Under the pieces are notes generated by a model, which was given only the letters and a program-made list of their open reading frames with translations, searched no databases and was not told where the DNA came from. A stretch of 64,000 nucleotides of DNA from the IMG/VR virus record IMGVR_UViG_2974671799_000001, positions 32,001 through 96,000 of that record. One strand, given 5' to 3'. The translations under genes were made by a program, and so were the position numbers. Within the stretch, counting starts at the first letter, position 1. Each line of letters opens with the position of its first letter. Positions 18,915 through 31,017 of the stretch are shown in pieces. The stretch is from a virus (taxonomy: Duplodnaviria; Caudoviricetes).

Positions 18915-19505
18915 TTATTTTAATTTATCCAATTCTTCTAAGAATTTTTTACTACCACCAACAAATGTTTGTAGTTCTGAAATTCTTTTATTGGTATTTT
19001 CTATAGACTTAATAATTCTTTTCTTCTCAGATTCCAAATAACGCTCTAAAACGTCTTGCTCATCATACCCAACAGTCATAGATGAATGCGAAGACCATGA
19101 AGCAAATTCGTTTAATAAGAATGTATATAAATGTTGAGAATCAGGTCTATAAGTGTCTCTAAATGTTTTGATAGTTCTATCTACTTGCTTTGTGTAACAA
19201 AAGTAAACATCTTTAGTAATAAGAGCTTTAAGAATTGAAATATCGAAAGCTTTTTCATCATATCTTTCGCCAATTTCTAAAGGAATCCCACTTTCAGGAA
19301 TTTTCTCATCATCGAATAAAATGTGAAATTCTAAAACCAAACCATCAAATTTTAAATCCTTCCTGAACTGATAAGGTATCGAATAACTACAAGTTTGAAA
19401 AACCCTTTTAGAAACCTTTTTAGCAGATTTCTTTTTGATTATGTTTACTAGCTTGTTCATCGAATCCGCTTTTGCTCTTGGTATTTGTGTATAAAATATT
19501 TTCAT
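18915..19505 (-). CDS. Hypothetical protein
   Basis: 196-aa ORF with C-terminal coiled coil. Confidence 0.65.
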   Translation of the reverse strand: MKIFYTQIPRAKADSMNKLVNIIKKKSAKKVSKRVFQTCSYSIPYQFRKDLKFDGLVLEFHILFDDEKIPESGIPLEIGERYDEKAFDISILKALITKDVYFCYTKQVDRTIKTFRDTYRPDSQHLYTFLLNEFASWSSHSSMTVGYDEQDVLERYLESEKKRIIKSIENTNKRISELQTFVGGSKKFLEELDKLK

Positions 19506-19506
19506 A

Positions 19507-20076
19507 TTAATATTTTTTTAAATGTTGAAGTTGTAAATAATTAACATTCATTACTTTACAATATTTCTTTAAATAGTATTCCATATCATAATCGTTATCT
19601 TCAATTAAATCGAAACTCTTAATCATTTCAGCATCATCGCCTTTTCTATATACTCTTAAAAAGTAAATACTTCCATCAATGTGATTTAAATCATGTTTCC
19701 TTGAACATATCGAAAGTAAAAGATTATTAATTGGGTCATAGAATGTTGTATATGAATATCTATCAACCAAAGATGTATCTATCCTGAAAACTGGTTGTTT
19801 CCAAAATATATAATCATACCATGTTTTCCAGTAGTAATTATATCCATCTTCTAAACCCCTAGCATAACCACTTATTAAAAATTCTTTAAAAACGAAATTT
19901 GAATTTTGTGGAAACTCTCCATCATTAATAATTAATTTATAAGCTTTCTTTGGATTTAAGTACCACAATGTTAAAATAGTAAATGTGATAACCCATAAAA
20001 TACTAATACTTAAAAGTACAAACATCGACTTTAGGAAAAATAAAGCTTTAATAATTGGTAAAATAATATATCTCAT
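19507..20076 (-). CDS. Membrane-anchored protein, paralog of 20078..20671
   Basis: N-terminal TM ending WY, YYWK..Y motif shared with neighbour. Confidence 0.65.
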   Translation of the reverse strand: MRYIILPIIKALFFLKSMFVLLSISILWVITFTILTLWYLNPKKAYKLIINDGEFPQNSNFVFKEFLISGYARGLEDGYNYYWKTWYDYIFWKQPVFRIDTSLVDRYSYTTFYDPINNLLLSICSRKHDLNHIDGSIYFLRVYRKGDDAEMIKSFDLIEDNDYDMEYYLKKYCKVMNVNYLQLQHLKKY

Positions 20077-20077
20077 T

Positions 20078-20671
20078 TTAGTTAGTTTTAATATGTTTTG
20101 ATTTAATTTTTATAATACGTTTAATCGACTCTTCCCACCATTGACCATAAAGGTCTTTACAAAAAAGTTCAATATAATACTTTGAAGGATTTATTCTACA
20201 TTCATCATTATCATGTGTGGTTATCAAACCTTTTTTAAATTCATAACTAACAGGAACATAAACCTGCATTGATTTACTAAATCCAGTATCTGATTTATAT
20301 GGTAAATTATCAAAAACACTTATGAAATAATTTGACTTATAATCGTAGTATAAATAATTTTCTTTCAATAAGTGATTTTCTATAATATAATCATGCCTTA
20401 ATCCCAAATAATATCTAAGGTTATTTTTCCAAATATAGGTATAATCATCATTATAATTCTTTATACTAGAGATATATGAATTAGTAAAGTTTCTCAAATA
20501 TGGTGGAGATAAAAATACATCTTCGAAAAAAATTCGTCCTCTTCCTAAATCAAAATACCAAATCATTATTAAAATAGAAGATAAGCCGAAAATAAATAAC
20601 GAAAGTAGTGCAATTAATAAGTTTACTGCTTTGGTTAAATTGTAGTAAATGAATAAAAATAAGTATTTCAT
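20078..20671 (-). CDS. Membrane-anchored protein, paralog of 19507..20076
   Basis: N-terminal TM ending WY, YIWK..Y motif. Confidence 0.65.
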   Translation of the reverse strand: MKYLFLFIYYNLTKAVNLLIALLSLFIFGLSSILIMIWYFDLGRGRIFFEDVFLSPPYLRNFTNSYISSIKNYNDDYTYIWKNNLRYYLGLRHDYIIENHLLKENYLYYDYKSNYFISVFDNLPYKSDTGFSKSMQVYVPVSYEFKKGLITTHDNDECRINPSKYYIELFCKDLYGQWWEESIKRIIKIKSKHIKTN

Positions 20672-21048
20672 AGTTTTATATGTTAAAGATTATATACAAG
20701 ACCAACAATAGGAACAAAAATAAATATTTACCAATATAAATTATTCCAACTAAAGCCAAAATCAAACCAATCCATGTATTTGATAGCTTAACTAATAAGT
20801 TTTTAATTAATTTAATTATCGTAAAAATATCATAAAAATTAATGCAAAAATACAAACAACAACGAATATAAACTTGAATAATTTATCAAGTAACCATTTA
20901 AATAAATATACGAAACCTATAAGTGATATAGCTAGTATAAAAAATTTAGCAATATAATTAAAAATTTTTTTCATTTTTGTTTATATTTAATTTATGAAGC
21001 AAATCTACAAACAAAAAATGGATTTCCAAAGGAAAATCCATTTTATTT

Positions 21049-21351
21049 TTATTTACGACACTTATCATGCCACTTTTTCAATTTTTCATACTGTATTTGA
21101 TTCAACTCGTCTGCCGTTATGTCAGGTTTGTTTAACAAAATTATGTCTAAAAGACAGTTTATTGCATCAATAGCCTCACCAACCACGCCATCTTTACCCG
21201 CTTCTTTATAACTCATACCTAAATCAATAGCTATTTCTGTTGAAAGTTCACCAACTTCCTCATTAAGTTTTAAAGCAACTCCTGCTATATGTCGGTCTTT
21301 AATATCATTACTAAATGATTTAAAGTTTTCTAAAATATCACCTATCATCAT
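21049..21351 (-). CDS. MazG-like nucleotide pyrophosphohydrolase
   Basis: KLNEEVGEL...EAID (ExxE...ExxD). Confidence 0.8.
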   Translation of the reverse strand: MMIGDILENFKSFSNDIKDRHIAGVALKLNEEVGELSTEIAIDLGMSYKEAGKDGVVGEAIDAINCLLDIILLNKPDITADELNQIQYEKLKKWHDKCRK

Positions 21352-21352
21352 A

Positions 21353-21901
21353 TTAATTTGATTTTATATTTAGTGTTAAAAACCTAAGATATGCTATTGA
21401 CCAAAGTGGGTCAACAACCTCTGTTAAAGCGTTAATATCAAATGTACTAACCCAACGATTTGATGAAATGTTTTCGTTCATATCATTTTCATTATCGGGT
21501 TTAGGTTTTGTTTGAATAGCATTTGTACAATCTACAGCAAATAAGTGATAAATAGTATCTGTGCTTTTTGTACCATAACAAGTTCCTAATGGTGAAATAT
21601 CTGAGTATTTTATTAAATAACCAGTCTCTTCCATCATTTCCTGTTTTACTGTCTCTTTCGGATGTTGACCTTTTTCAACACCACCAGTAACTGATGAAGG
21701 ATTTTTGCCCATATTCCAACATGGTGTATATTCGTCACGTATCATGACTTCCAATTCACCATCCACAAATCTAAAAGGTATAATTGCAACAATATTACCA
21801 TCACATCTAACCTCGCGCGTGTATGTGTACTTTCCTGTAGGAAACTCTTCTTCAATAAGCTCTATCCATTTGTTAGAGCCTAAAATTGTCTTTTTATTCA
21901 T
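21353..21901 (-). CDS. Nudix hydrolase
   Basis: Nudix box GGVEKGQHPKETVKQEMMEETGY. Confidence 0.85.
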   Translation of the reverse strand: MNKKTILGSNKWIELIEEEFPTGKYTYTREVRCDGNIVAIIPFRFVDGELEVMIRDEYTPCWNMGKNPSSVTGGVEKGQHPKETVKQEMMEETGYLIKYSDISPLGTCYGTKSTDTIYHLFAVDCTNAIQTKPKPDNENDMNENISSNRWVSTFDINALTEVVDPLWSIAYLRFLTLNIKSN

Positions 21902-21902
21902 T

Positions 21903-22190
21903 TTAATAAGTTGTTGATGTTACCCAACTTTGTCTAGGATGATTCGACATCCTAGATTCATCTTTTTCGGTAACGGTTAATACTTCTTTTTCTACGGTCA
22001 TTATTTTTTCATCAACAATAATATTATCAATACTATGCCTTGAACATACTTTATAATTCTGATATAATTCTAATACCTCACTAAATACAAATTGTGGAAT
22101 TTCACCTGCCACTAGTGTTATTGTTTTAGAATGATTATCAATCTGAATTATATAGTCTTTGGTTTTAATTAATGATTTTATTTCTTTCAT
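21903..22190 (-). CDS. Hypothetical protein
   Basis: 95-aa ORF. Confidence 0.55.
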   Translation of the reverse strand: MKEIKSLIKTKDYIIQIDNHSKTITLVAGEIPQFVFSEVLELYQNYKVCSRHSIDNIIVDEKIMTVEKEVLTVTEKDESRMSNHPRQSWVTSTTY

Positions 22191-22204
22191 AATATCTATA
22201 TTTT

Positions 22205-22990
22205 TTAACCAAAAATTAAGAAACCAGTCAAAACAGTAATAACAACACCCATTAAGAATATAATACCTCTTTTACGTTGGTTTGATTTAACAGAATCTTT
22301 AATAATATTTTCCTTAATCACAATAGATGTTTTGTGAGATTCTTTATGTTCTTTCAACTCTTTTTCCAACTCATAGTTTCTATTACGCAAATAACCTAGT
22401 TCAGAATCAACATCACCTTTCAATGATATAACACCATTTGAATGTAAATTACCATTTTCAAAAATAAAACCTAATAATTTTATTTTCAAAAATATATCCA
22501 CTAAAAACCTTTCATCTTCGTTTGTCGCAGTATAAAATCCGTGATGTCTTTGTATAAATTCTACAAATCTACTATAGTTTTCTGTTTTATAAACTTTTGA
22601 AAATTGTAATATTTTATCAAACTTATAAAAAGATAAATTAGAATCATCAAGACATAATACGTTATAACCACCTTTCAATAATTCAAACTCATCAAGTTTA
22701 TTGAAAAGTTCGTTATTTTTCAAGTCGTCTAACATTTCTTTTCTTAGTTCTAATGACATTTCAGCATTTAACATTTCATTCCTAAGACTATCAATAGATT
22801 TTGCTAATTTATACTTCTCACAAATATTTTCTATTTCATCAACCTTCTGCATTTTCTCATATGCATCTTTTAGAATTTCGTATTCTTTATTAGGTACAAT
22901 CCTATCGTGTTTAATTATCAAATCCATTACATAAAAATATTTAAAGCGATTGAACCAATTGTAATACCTAATCCTAAGTAAAACATCCAT
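22205..22990 (-). CDS. Coiled-coil protein with C-terminal TM anchor
   Basis: C-terminal hydrophobic helix; likely start MDLII. Confidence 0.65.
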   Translation of the reverse strand: MDVLLRIRYYNWFNRFKYFYVMDLIIKHDRIVPNKEYEILKDAYEKMQKVDEIENICEKYKLAKSIDSLRNEMLNAEMSLELRKEMLDDLKNNELFNKLDEFELLKGGYNVLCLDDSNLSFYKFDKILQFSKVYKTENYSRFVEFIQRHHGFYTATNEDERFLVDIFLKIKLLGFIFENGNLHSNGVISLKGDVDSELGYLRNRNYELEKELKEHKESHKTSIVIKENIIKDSVKSNQRKRGIIFLMGVVITVLTGFLIFG

Positions 22991-23691
22991 CTATTAGCAT
23001 AGTATTTACCATAGTATTTTTGAAGCTCTTTTTGACTATCTTCATAATTTGATGTAATACCTTTAATACTATCTTCTAAAGTTTTATTTGTATTTTTAGT
23101 ATCAACACTATTATAAATTATTGTATAAATAGCTGATTCTAAATCAATTCTATCAGATTTTGTTAATCCTGACAAATCGAATGATTTCATTAGTGATTTG
23201 AACGCATCACAAACATAAGAAGTCTCATCTTCAATACTATTACCGAAGTATGGGTTATTTTTATTTTTAACACCCATATCATATATTTTTACATTATCAC
23301 CTAAAAACATACTTAAAAACTTAGTCAAACCTTTAATATTAAACTCAGATTCATCAGGCATATTTTCAAAATAACCATTGAATGTTTTATACAAATTAAC
23401 CGATAATACATTACCTTTTTGAATCTCTTTTTTCAAAAAATCAAAATGTTCTTTAGTAAGATTCTTAACTTGCTCCAATTCTTCTTCTGCAACAATTTTA
23501 TCATGTTCCAATGCTGTGATTTCACATTGAATTTCATGAGAATAAGCCATCGAATTTATAATTGGTTGTGAATAATTTTCACATAAATTATTTTTTAAAA
23601 CCGTCTCACAGTTTAAAAGTTGTTGTAATCGGTCACCTTTTACAATAACCGATTCAACATTGTTTTCATTAGTAATATCTAATCTCTTCAT
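22927..23691 (-). CDS. Coiled-coil protein with C-terminal TM anchor
   Basis: Same architecture as adjacent gene. Confidence 0.65.
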   Translation of the reverse strand: MKRLDITNENNVESVIVKGDRLQQLLNCETVLKNNLCENYSQPIINSMAYSHEIQCEITALEHDKIVAEEELEQVKNLTKEHFDFLKKEIQKGNVLSVNLYKTFNGYFENMPDESEFNIKGLTKFLSMFLGDNVKIYDMGVKNKNNPYFGNSIEDETSYVCDAFKSLMKSFDLSGLTKSDRIDLESAIYTIIYNSVDTKNTNKTLEDSIKGITSNYEDSQKELQKYYGKYYANRWMFYLGLGITIGSIALNIFM

Positions 23692-23692
23692 A

Positions 23693-24709
23693 TTATTGTT
23701 GTTTTTGTTTCTTAACTAAGAACTGAACCTCGGAACACATAGCCATTAAACTAGTTAATTGGTCGGGTTTATTCAAAGATTCGTTTTTATACTTATGAGC
23801 CATTACATACAAATACTCTAAAATATTCGTGTTAATATTATTCTCATACATCCATGTAATCATTTTATCACCCATAGCAATAATTAGGTTATAATATTGA
23901 TTAGGGAAATTCTCTAAAATATACTTCTTAATTGTTGTTATAGATGTAGGTTTAGTAAATAACTTAAAATAATCAACAAAATCAGCAGACATTTCACGTA
24001 AAATAAGTTCCTTTGTAATCGTTCTTTCACCCTTCTCATAACACGTTTGTAAAGCCTCAATAATATCTCTAACATCAGAATATGATGATAATAAAGACAT
24101 AACAGCATCCTTCTCTATTGTTAAACCTTCCTCATTACAAATAAACATAATTCTTTTAGCTTTTTGCATAAGAACTTCTCTAGCTCTATCACCACGAAAG
24201 TTGAAATCAATCTTACAACCAAATCTTGATAAAATTGCTTTATTTAAGTTTTCATAGTAGTTACAAGTAGCAATGTAACGAACATTATTTGAATCCTTTT
24301 CCATTACACCACGGAAAGCTAAGTTGGCATCGTTGGTGAAATTATCAATCTCATCAATCATCATTAGCTTAACTTTTGATGATGATGAACTTACATTACC
24401 AAAAGGTTCGATAATATTTCTAACAGTATCTATACCATTTTGTGATGAACCATTTATTAATTTATTGTTGGGGAACAATTTACCCAAAATAAACATAACT
24501 GTTGTTTTACCTAATCCAGTATCACCATACATTAAAATGTTTCTTGTAACACCATTATCAATAAAATACTGAATCTGTGTCCTAACATCGTTTGGTAACG
24601 CAACATCATCAAGATTTTTAGGTCTATACTTTTCAACCCATAGTGATTTTTTACGTGTTTTTTGTTGCTCCTTAGATAAAGGATTCTTTTCTTTACGTAC
24701 TATACTCAT
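23693..24709 (-). CDS. gp44: Sliding clamp loader AAA+ subunit (T4 gp44/RFC small-like)
   Basis: WVEKYRP, Walker A GDTGLGKTT, Walker B IDEID, SRF Arg finger. Confidence 0.9.
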   Translation of the reverse strand: MSIVRKEKNPLSKEQQKTRKKSLWVEKYRPKNLDDVALPNDVRTQIQYFIDNGVTRNILMYGDTGLGKTTVMFILGKLFPNNKLINGSSQNGIDTVRNIIEPFGNVSSSSSKVKLMMIDEIDNFTNDANLAFRGVMEKDSNNVRYIATCNYYENLNKAILSRFGCKIDFNFRGDRAREVLMQKAKRIMFICNEEGLTIEKDAVMSLLSSYSDVRDIIEALQTCYEKGERTITKELILREMSADFVDYFKLFTKPTSITTIKKYILENFPNQYYNLIIAMGDKMITWMYENNINTNILEYLYVMAHKYKNESLNKPDQLTSLMAMCSEVQFLVKKQKQQ

Positions 24710-24730
24710 AAATATATTTTTGTTTTAGTT

Positions 24731-26197
<1,467 letters not shown>

Positions 26198-26212
26198 TAA
26201 AAAATATGTTTT

Positions 26213-27859
26213 TTATTTTAATTCTACAAATCCTTGCTTTCCAAGGGTGTTTATTTTTACTAATTCTACACCTTCTAAATCGAAATCCTTCCCAACACCA
26301 TAAATTGATGGTATATTCAAAGACTTTGAAAGTGCTAATATGTGCGAAAATACAACATTTTCTCTTACTATCAAAATTTCTTTGTCGATTAATTCCTTAG
26401 ATTCACATTCAGAGTCTATTACAAGAACCTTTTCGGGTATAGCCATGTTACTACCTCTACAATGAGAAGTACCTAAAATTGCATCACTAGGCACTTTTAC
26501 ATCCTTAATTGATTGCGTACTCGTAACTCTCAATTGTAAAATATGAATATTAAAACCATCAAAACAAAACTCAATTTGTACATCAGATTCAAAATCCTTA
26601 GATAATTCCATAATCAACCTCTCAATATAATCAGAAACCAACTTGGAAACCTTTATTTCACTAACTTTACCACCAACAATATCATCACGCTTGTCTGATA
26701 TCGCAATATCAAATTTACCATCATAAACATTAGCAACACCAATATAACCTTCAACCTCTCTTTGATAAAAATAATGAAATTCATTTTGTGGTCGCAAATC
26801 TTTATACTTTTCATATTCAGATTCCATAGTTTTTATAGTTTCTTCACATTTTTCAGTAGAAATACCAAAGTATGAAGTTAAAATACCACCCATAGACTTA
26901 TTTGGAGACGTTCTAAGAGCATATTTACCATCTAAAGGTGTCTTACTATACTCAGGAATAGAAACGTCCTTAAAACGGCTTAAAAATGCTAATGAGCCAA
27001 ATTTAGCACCACACTTCTCTTCTTCGATAACATAATCCAATAAAGCCTTTGATGTTGTCCTTCCACAAGCGTAAAATTCATTAAAATGATTTCTCATGTG
27101 ATATAACATCTTTAGTTGCTCTTCTGTTGGTTTATGTTTCTTTTTATCCATCATCCAGTTTCTCTCCAATACATTTCCCAAATAGTTGCATTTAACTTGA
27201 CCACTTGAAATATGTAAAACCTTTCGTTCATTAGAATCGAACCAACTATCCGTACTACTCAAACCAGTTGCGTGTAAAAGTGGGTATAAATCAACATGAC
27301 CTTCAAATCCACATTCAATAAATAAACCACATTGAGTTATTACACCGTTTCTTAATTTTTGCTCTTGTGTTAACGGATATTCATTAACATTATCCATCGA
27401 ATACACACCAAAATTATTATCTATGAAAATAGAATCACGGAATATTGTTCCTAATGTCTCAGCTTTAAAAACTTTTTTCAATGCAGTAACATCCCTATCA
27501 TCGAAATCATTATCTAAAACATATTCAATTTGATATGTCTCATAGGAAACTCTATAATCTCTATTTAAACGACTTAATAAAGTTCTCCAACCAGTATAAA
27601 GCATTTCGTTTGCTGTCTCTAATTCAGATATATCATGTTGAGGTGTTATATAAATACCTTCTTCGGTTCTTGTATCACCTGCTAAAATAAAAGCCTTTCT
27701 AAAGAAGCCCAAAATATAAACCATATGTTTTTCATCATTGATATCCAAACCACCCGATAAAATAATTTCCAATGCTATGTGAAATTCTCCTGATGATATA
27801 TTATCTTGAATCTGTCTTGTTAAATCTTCACCTAATGCGTAAAATGATAAACTTGCCAT
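26213..27859 (-). CDS. PEP synthase/PPDK-like dikinase (nucleotide-binding and phospho-His swivel domains, no pyruvate barrel)
   Basis: GAKFGSL, ALRTS..SMGG, YQREV..GV, DVQIEF...ILQLR, FSHILALSKSLNIPSIYG. Confidence 0.75.
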   Translation of the reverse strand: MASLSFYALGEDLTRQIQDNISSGEFHIALEIILSGGLDINDEKHMVYILGFFRKAFILAGDTRTEEGIYITPQHDISELETANEMLYTGWRTLLSRLNRDYRVSYETYQIEYVLDNDFDDRDVTALKKVFKAETLGTIFRDSIFIDNNFGVYSMDNVNEYPLTQEQKLRNGVITQCGLFIECGFEGHVDLYPLLHATGLSSTDSWFDSNERKVLHISSGQVKCNYLGNVLERNWMMDKKKHKPTEEQLKMLYHMRNHFNEFYACGRTTSKALLDYVIEEEKCGAKFGSLAFLSRFKDVSIPEYSKTPLDGKYALRTSPNKSMGGILTSYFGISTEKCEETIKTMESEYEKYKDLRPQNEFHYFYQREVEGYIGVANVYDGKFDIAISDKRDDIVGGKVSEIKVSKLVSDYIERLIMELSKDFESDVQIEFCFDGFNIHILQLRVTSTQSIKDVKVPSDAILGTSHCRGSNMAIPEKVLVIDSECESKELIDKEILIVRENVVFSHILALSKSLNIPSIYGVGKDFDLEGVELVKINTLGKQGFVELK

Positions 27860-27861
27860 AA

Positions 27862-28317
27862 TTAAATAAATGTTGCTAATGATAAATCTTTGTTAATACT
27901 AGTACCACAGTTTGTTGCCTTGTTTATTTTAAAAACCTTACCAATACAACCATTTTTAAAATTAATCAAATCTTTGTCATTTTGACCATTGAACTGTTTT
28001 AATTTATTAATCTCACCAAATGGTGTATCAATGAAGTGTGGAAACCAAATATTAATAACTTCCAAACTCAAAAAGTTTTTTGATTCATGTATAACTCTAC
28101 AAGTTCGACCAAATCCAGTAATTCTACTTGGTTTTAGTAAAACCAATTCACCAACTTTTATTTCCGATGAATTTATTTTAAAAATTCTAGTTGCGTCAAT
28201 TGATACAACTTCACCAATCGGAAACGCTTCTTTTAAATTTTGTTGAATAGTATTCATAATTTTATGTTTTATTTTTAATGAATTTTTGATACAACAAATG
28301 TAAAAACAATTATCCAT
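27862..28317 (-). CDS. Hypothetical protein
   Basis: Likely start MNTIQ, after promoter 28295-28326. Confidence 0.6.
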   Translation of the reverse strand: MDNCFYICCIKNSLKIKHKIMNTIQQNLKEAFPIGEVVSIDATRIFKINSSEIKVGELVLLKPSRITGFGRTCRVIHESKNFLSLEVINIWFPHFIDTPFGEINKLKQFNGQNDKDLINFKNGCIGKVFKINKATNCGTSINKDLSLATFI

Positions 28318-28332
28318 TAAAACAAGAATTTT

Positions 28333-28718
28333 TATAAGAATTTTTTAAACCTCTCTCCGCGCGCTTTTATTTATGTTATTTGTATTTATAATATATAAAA
28401 GAAAATGCACCTAGGTGCATTTTCACTGATTTTCTTTCAATGAAAAATTCGTTTTATTAAGAATCTTTCAAAGAATTTGTTAAAATATTATCGCTACAGC
28501 AAGGTTTGTATATGTCGAAAATTTTTCGGGTGTAATTGTTTAAAATTTAACAAAATTCATAAATTTGTTAAATTCTTATAAAACGTTGTAAATCAGTTAC
28601 TTAAAATTGTAATCGAAAATGTTAAAAATTTTGTCATGTCGAATATTTTAAGTATGTTATTTTAACAATTTTAACAAATTTTTAACATTTATTTTTTTAA
28701 TGACAAAATAAAAAGTGT
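28333..28718. repeat. Non-coding element, about 385 bp, copy 1
   Basis: Colinear high-identity match to 47528-47910; 24-bp palindrome at 28401-28424; many TTTAACA/TGTTAAA motifs. Confidence 0.9.
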
Positions 28719-28772
28719 ATAATATTGAAAACTAATACTTTACACTTAAATTTGTAGTGAGTTAAAAATAAA

Positions 28773-28812
28773 AAAATATGGCTCAGAATTAGCTAAATTC
28801 TGAGCCATATTT
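28773..28812 (-). terminator. Intrinsic terminator
   Basis: AAAATATGGCTCAGAATT/AATTCTGAGCCATATTTT stem. Confidence 0.8.
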
Positions 28813-29261
28813 TATAAATCGTTATTATAAATTGTGTTGTTATTATGCTTTATATTTCGATAACCTATTGTTTCCATAATACTTTCTGATTCATCAACTT
28901 CATTAACTTGAAAATCCTTCATCTTACCATTCACCATTCCATTATGAAAAATTCTTAAAGGGTTGTTATACCACCAAAAGTTGTGCATAGCTTCATAAAT
29001 CATTTGTTGACTTATGAATTTAGGTAGTTCATCATCTGATGTTATATTTGTTTTTTGGAATCCGTTTAATGGTCTATAATATTGATGTCCTTTTTGACGA
29101 ACATAAACATCATATTTGAAAATAAGCGTGTGATTAAGTCTCCAATCAACTATTTTATCGTTGTAAACAGCAATCATTAAAATATCACCGCTTTCTAGTT
29201 TGTATTCAGTACAAACCTTTCCTGCCCAATCATAAGGCTTACTTTGTTGTGTATTTCCCAT
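28812..29261 (-). CDS. Hypothetical protein
   Basis: 149-aa ORF. Confidence 0.65.
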   Translation of the reverse strand: MGNTQQSKPYDWAGKVCTEYKLESGDILMIAVYNDKIVDWRLNHTLIFKYDVYVRQKGHQYYRPLNGFQKTNITSDDELPKFISQQMIYEAMHNFWWYNNPLRIFHNGMVNGKMKDFQVNEVDESESIMETIGYRNIKHNNNTIYNNDL

Positions 29262-29895
29262 TTATGTAAATTTTGTTTTTGTCAGTAAATTTAATATTAG
29301 AAATTTTTAATAATTTGTTATCATATTCGATATTAACAACCTTTATTATTTCACCTGAACCAAATGTATATTCAGCAACTATTTTTTTATCATCAAATGT
29401 TACTTGAACAGGTCTTAGTTCTGTATGAAAATCAATTTTTATAAGTACTAATTTTGATTGAACAAATTTACAAACATCGAATGATGTTTTATTATCAGCC
29501 AACCTTTTACTGGAAAAGAAATCTTTAAATGCAAATCCAAATTCACTTATCACCTTTATACTTCTAGCTTTTCTTTCCAATAAATATAAATCATCATTAG
29601 AAATTATACAATTATCACCAATTGTCGATTTACCATTTAGGAATAGACTAAGAGTACGCTGTAGCTTCTTTAAATAAAGTTTATTCTCTATATTGAAGTC
29701 TCGTTGGTGACTGAAATACTTTAATTTACCTTGATTCCTTACTATTTTTTGTTGGATTTTTATAACTCTAAGTAATCTAGCCCATTTTATGAATAGTTCT
29801 GATTTACCGAAACTTTTCTCATTTATACTTTTGATTAGCCTTCTAGTTAAAAACTCATCCATATCATTATATTTTTTAAAGTTCTTCATAAACAA
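29239..29895 (-). CDS. Hypothetical protein
   Basis: 218-aa ORF. Confidence 0.6.
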   Translation of the reverse strand: MFMKNFKKYNDMDEFLTRRLIKSINEKSFGKSELFIKWARLLRVIKIQQKIVRNQGKLKYFSHQRDFNIENKLYLKKLQRTLSLFLNGKSTIGDNCIISNDDLYLLERKARSIKVISEFGFAFKDFFSSKRLADNKTSFDVCKFVQSKLVLIKIDFHTELRPVQVTFDDKKIVAEYTFGSGEIIKVVNIEYDNKLLKISNIKFTDKNKIYINGKYTTK

Positions 29896-30163
29896 TTTCT
29901 TTAGTTACTTTTAAAATTTTAAACACTCCTTCAAAATGTCTTTTACTATTTCTAATAGATATTTTACTATTGAAGTTTTTAATTTCTTCAATATGTTCCT
30001 TTGCTTGTTCTAAACCATATATTTCTTCCTTGGTTATCTCTCCACGCTTAAACATACCGATTCTTTCAACATATTTAGAATAAGACCCCATTTCAAAAGT
30101 AGTCCACTTATTATGTTCAGGGTACTTATACATTACTCTGTATTCAGTATCTTGTTTACTCAT
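29876..30163 (-). CDS. Hypothetical protein
   Basis: 95-aa ORF. Confidence 0.6.
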   Translation of the reverse strand: MSKQDTEYRVMYKYPEHNKWTTFEMGSYSKYVERIGMFKRGEITKEEIYGLEQAKEHIEEIKNFNSKISIRNSKRHFEGVFKILKVTKEIVYEEL

Positions 30164-30164
30164 T

Positions 30165-30785
30165 TTAAATCTTTTCTCTAATTGTTAGTATATTCTTATT
30201 TTCATTCAAAGAAAATTCCATATCTTTTTTATGGAATATATTGCTTCTACCACCTTTAAAGTAAAGATAATGGAATAACTTACCACACTTGAATCTGAAA
30301 CCACCAAAACCATCCGTATCATACTCTACATAATCGAATTTTAGACCTCTAAGTTCTAATCTAAGTTCATGTTTACCATTATCACCTCTATATCGTTTAT
30401 TAAATCTAATTAAATCACTATTTATAAGAACACCCATAACACAATCATCACCCATAAAAGAAATATCGAAAAAATCAATAATCTCAATTGAATTTTTAAT
30501 ATTCATTATTGATATAATATATTGTGAATTTGGAATTTCATCTATCAATCTACCATTAAGATAGTCTGTATAAATTCTATTCCATTTCTTTAGGTCTTGT
30601 TTATATATTTTATTGAATTTTTGTGATATCCTATCACCTTGTTTACGACATATATAACTAAGTGTTGATATAGCTTTAGAAAATATACACATTGTGTCAT
30701 AGATACCCCTAACTGGTTTATCATGCGCTTTATGTCTTTCTATTTCATCGAAGAAAAAATCTTCCTTACTTGTGTTTTTTACCAT
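30165..30785 (-). CDS. Hypothetical protein
   Basis: 206-aa ORF. Confidence 0.65.
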   Translation of the reverse strand: MVKNTSKEDFFFDEIERHKAHDKPVRGIYDTMCIFSKAISTLSYICRKQGDRISQKFNKIYKQDLKKWNRIYTDYLNGRLIDEIPNSQYIISIMNIKNSIEIIDFFDISFMGDDCVMGVLINSDLIRFNKRYRGDNGKHELRLELRGLKFDYVEYDTDGFGGFRFKCGKLFHYLYFKGGRSNIFHKKDMEFSLNENKNILTIREKI

Positions 30786-30968
30786 GATTTATAAATTTTG
30801 ATTATATGAACCTTTTTCTAATCTTTCTAAGTTTGATGTATCTAATGAAATAACATATTCTATTGACTCTTCCCAACCATTTAATAATACATTTTTTACA
30901 CCTTCATTTTTTAATTGTAGTAATTCTGATTTAATTGATTTCATTTTTAATTATTTTTAAATATTATT

Positions 30969-31017
30969 CAAATATATAACAAAAAATCCGTTCCACAAAA
31001 CGCGGAACGGATTTTTT
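30969..31017 (-). promoter_or_regulatory. Terminator hairpin overlapping a host-type promoter
   Basis: AAAAAATCCGTTCC/GGAACGGATTTTTT stem with TTTG in the loop, N19, TATATTTG. Confidence 0.75.
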
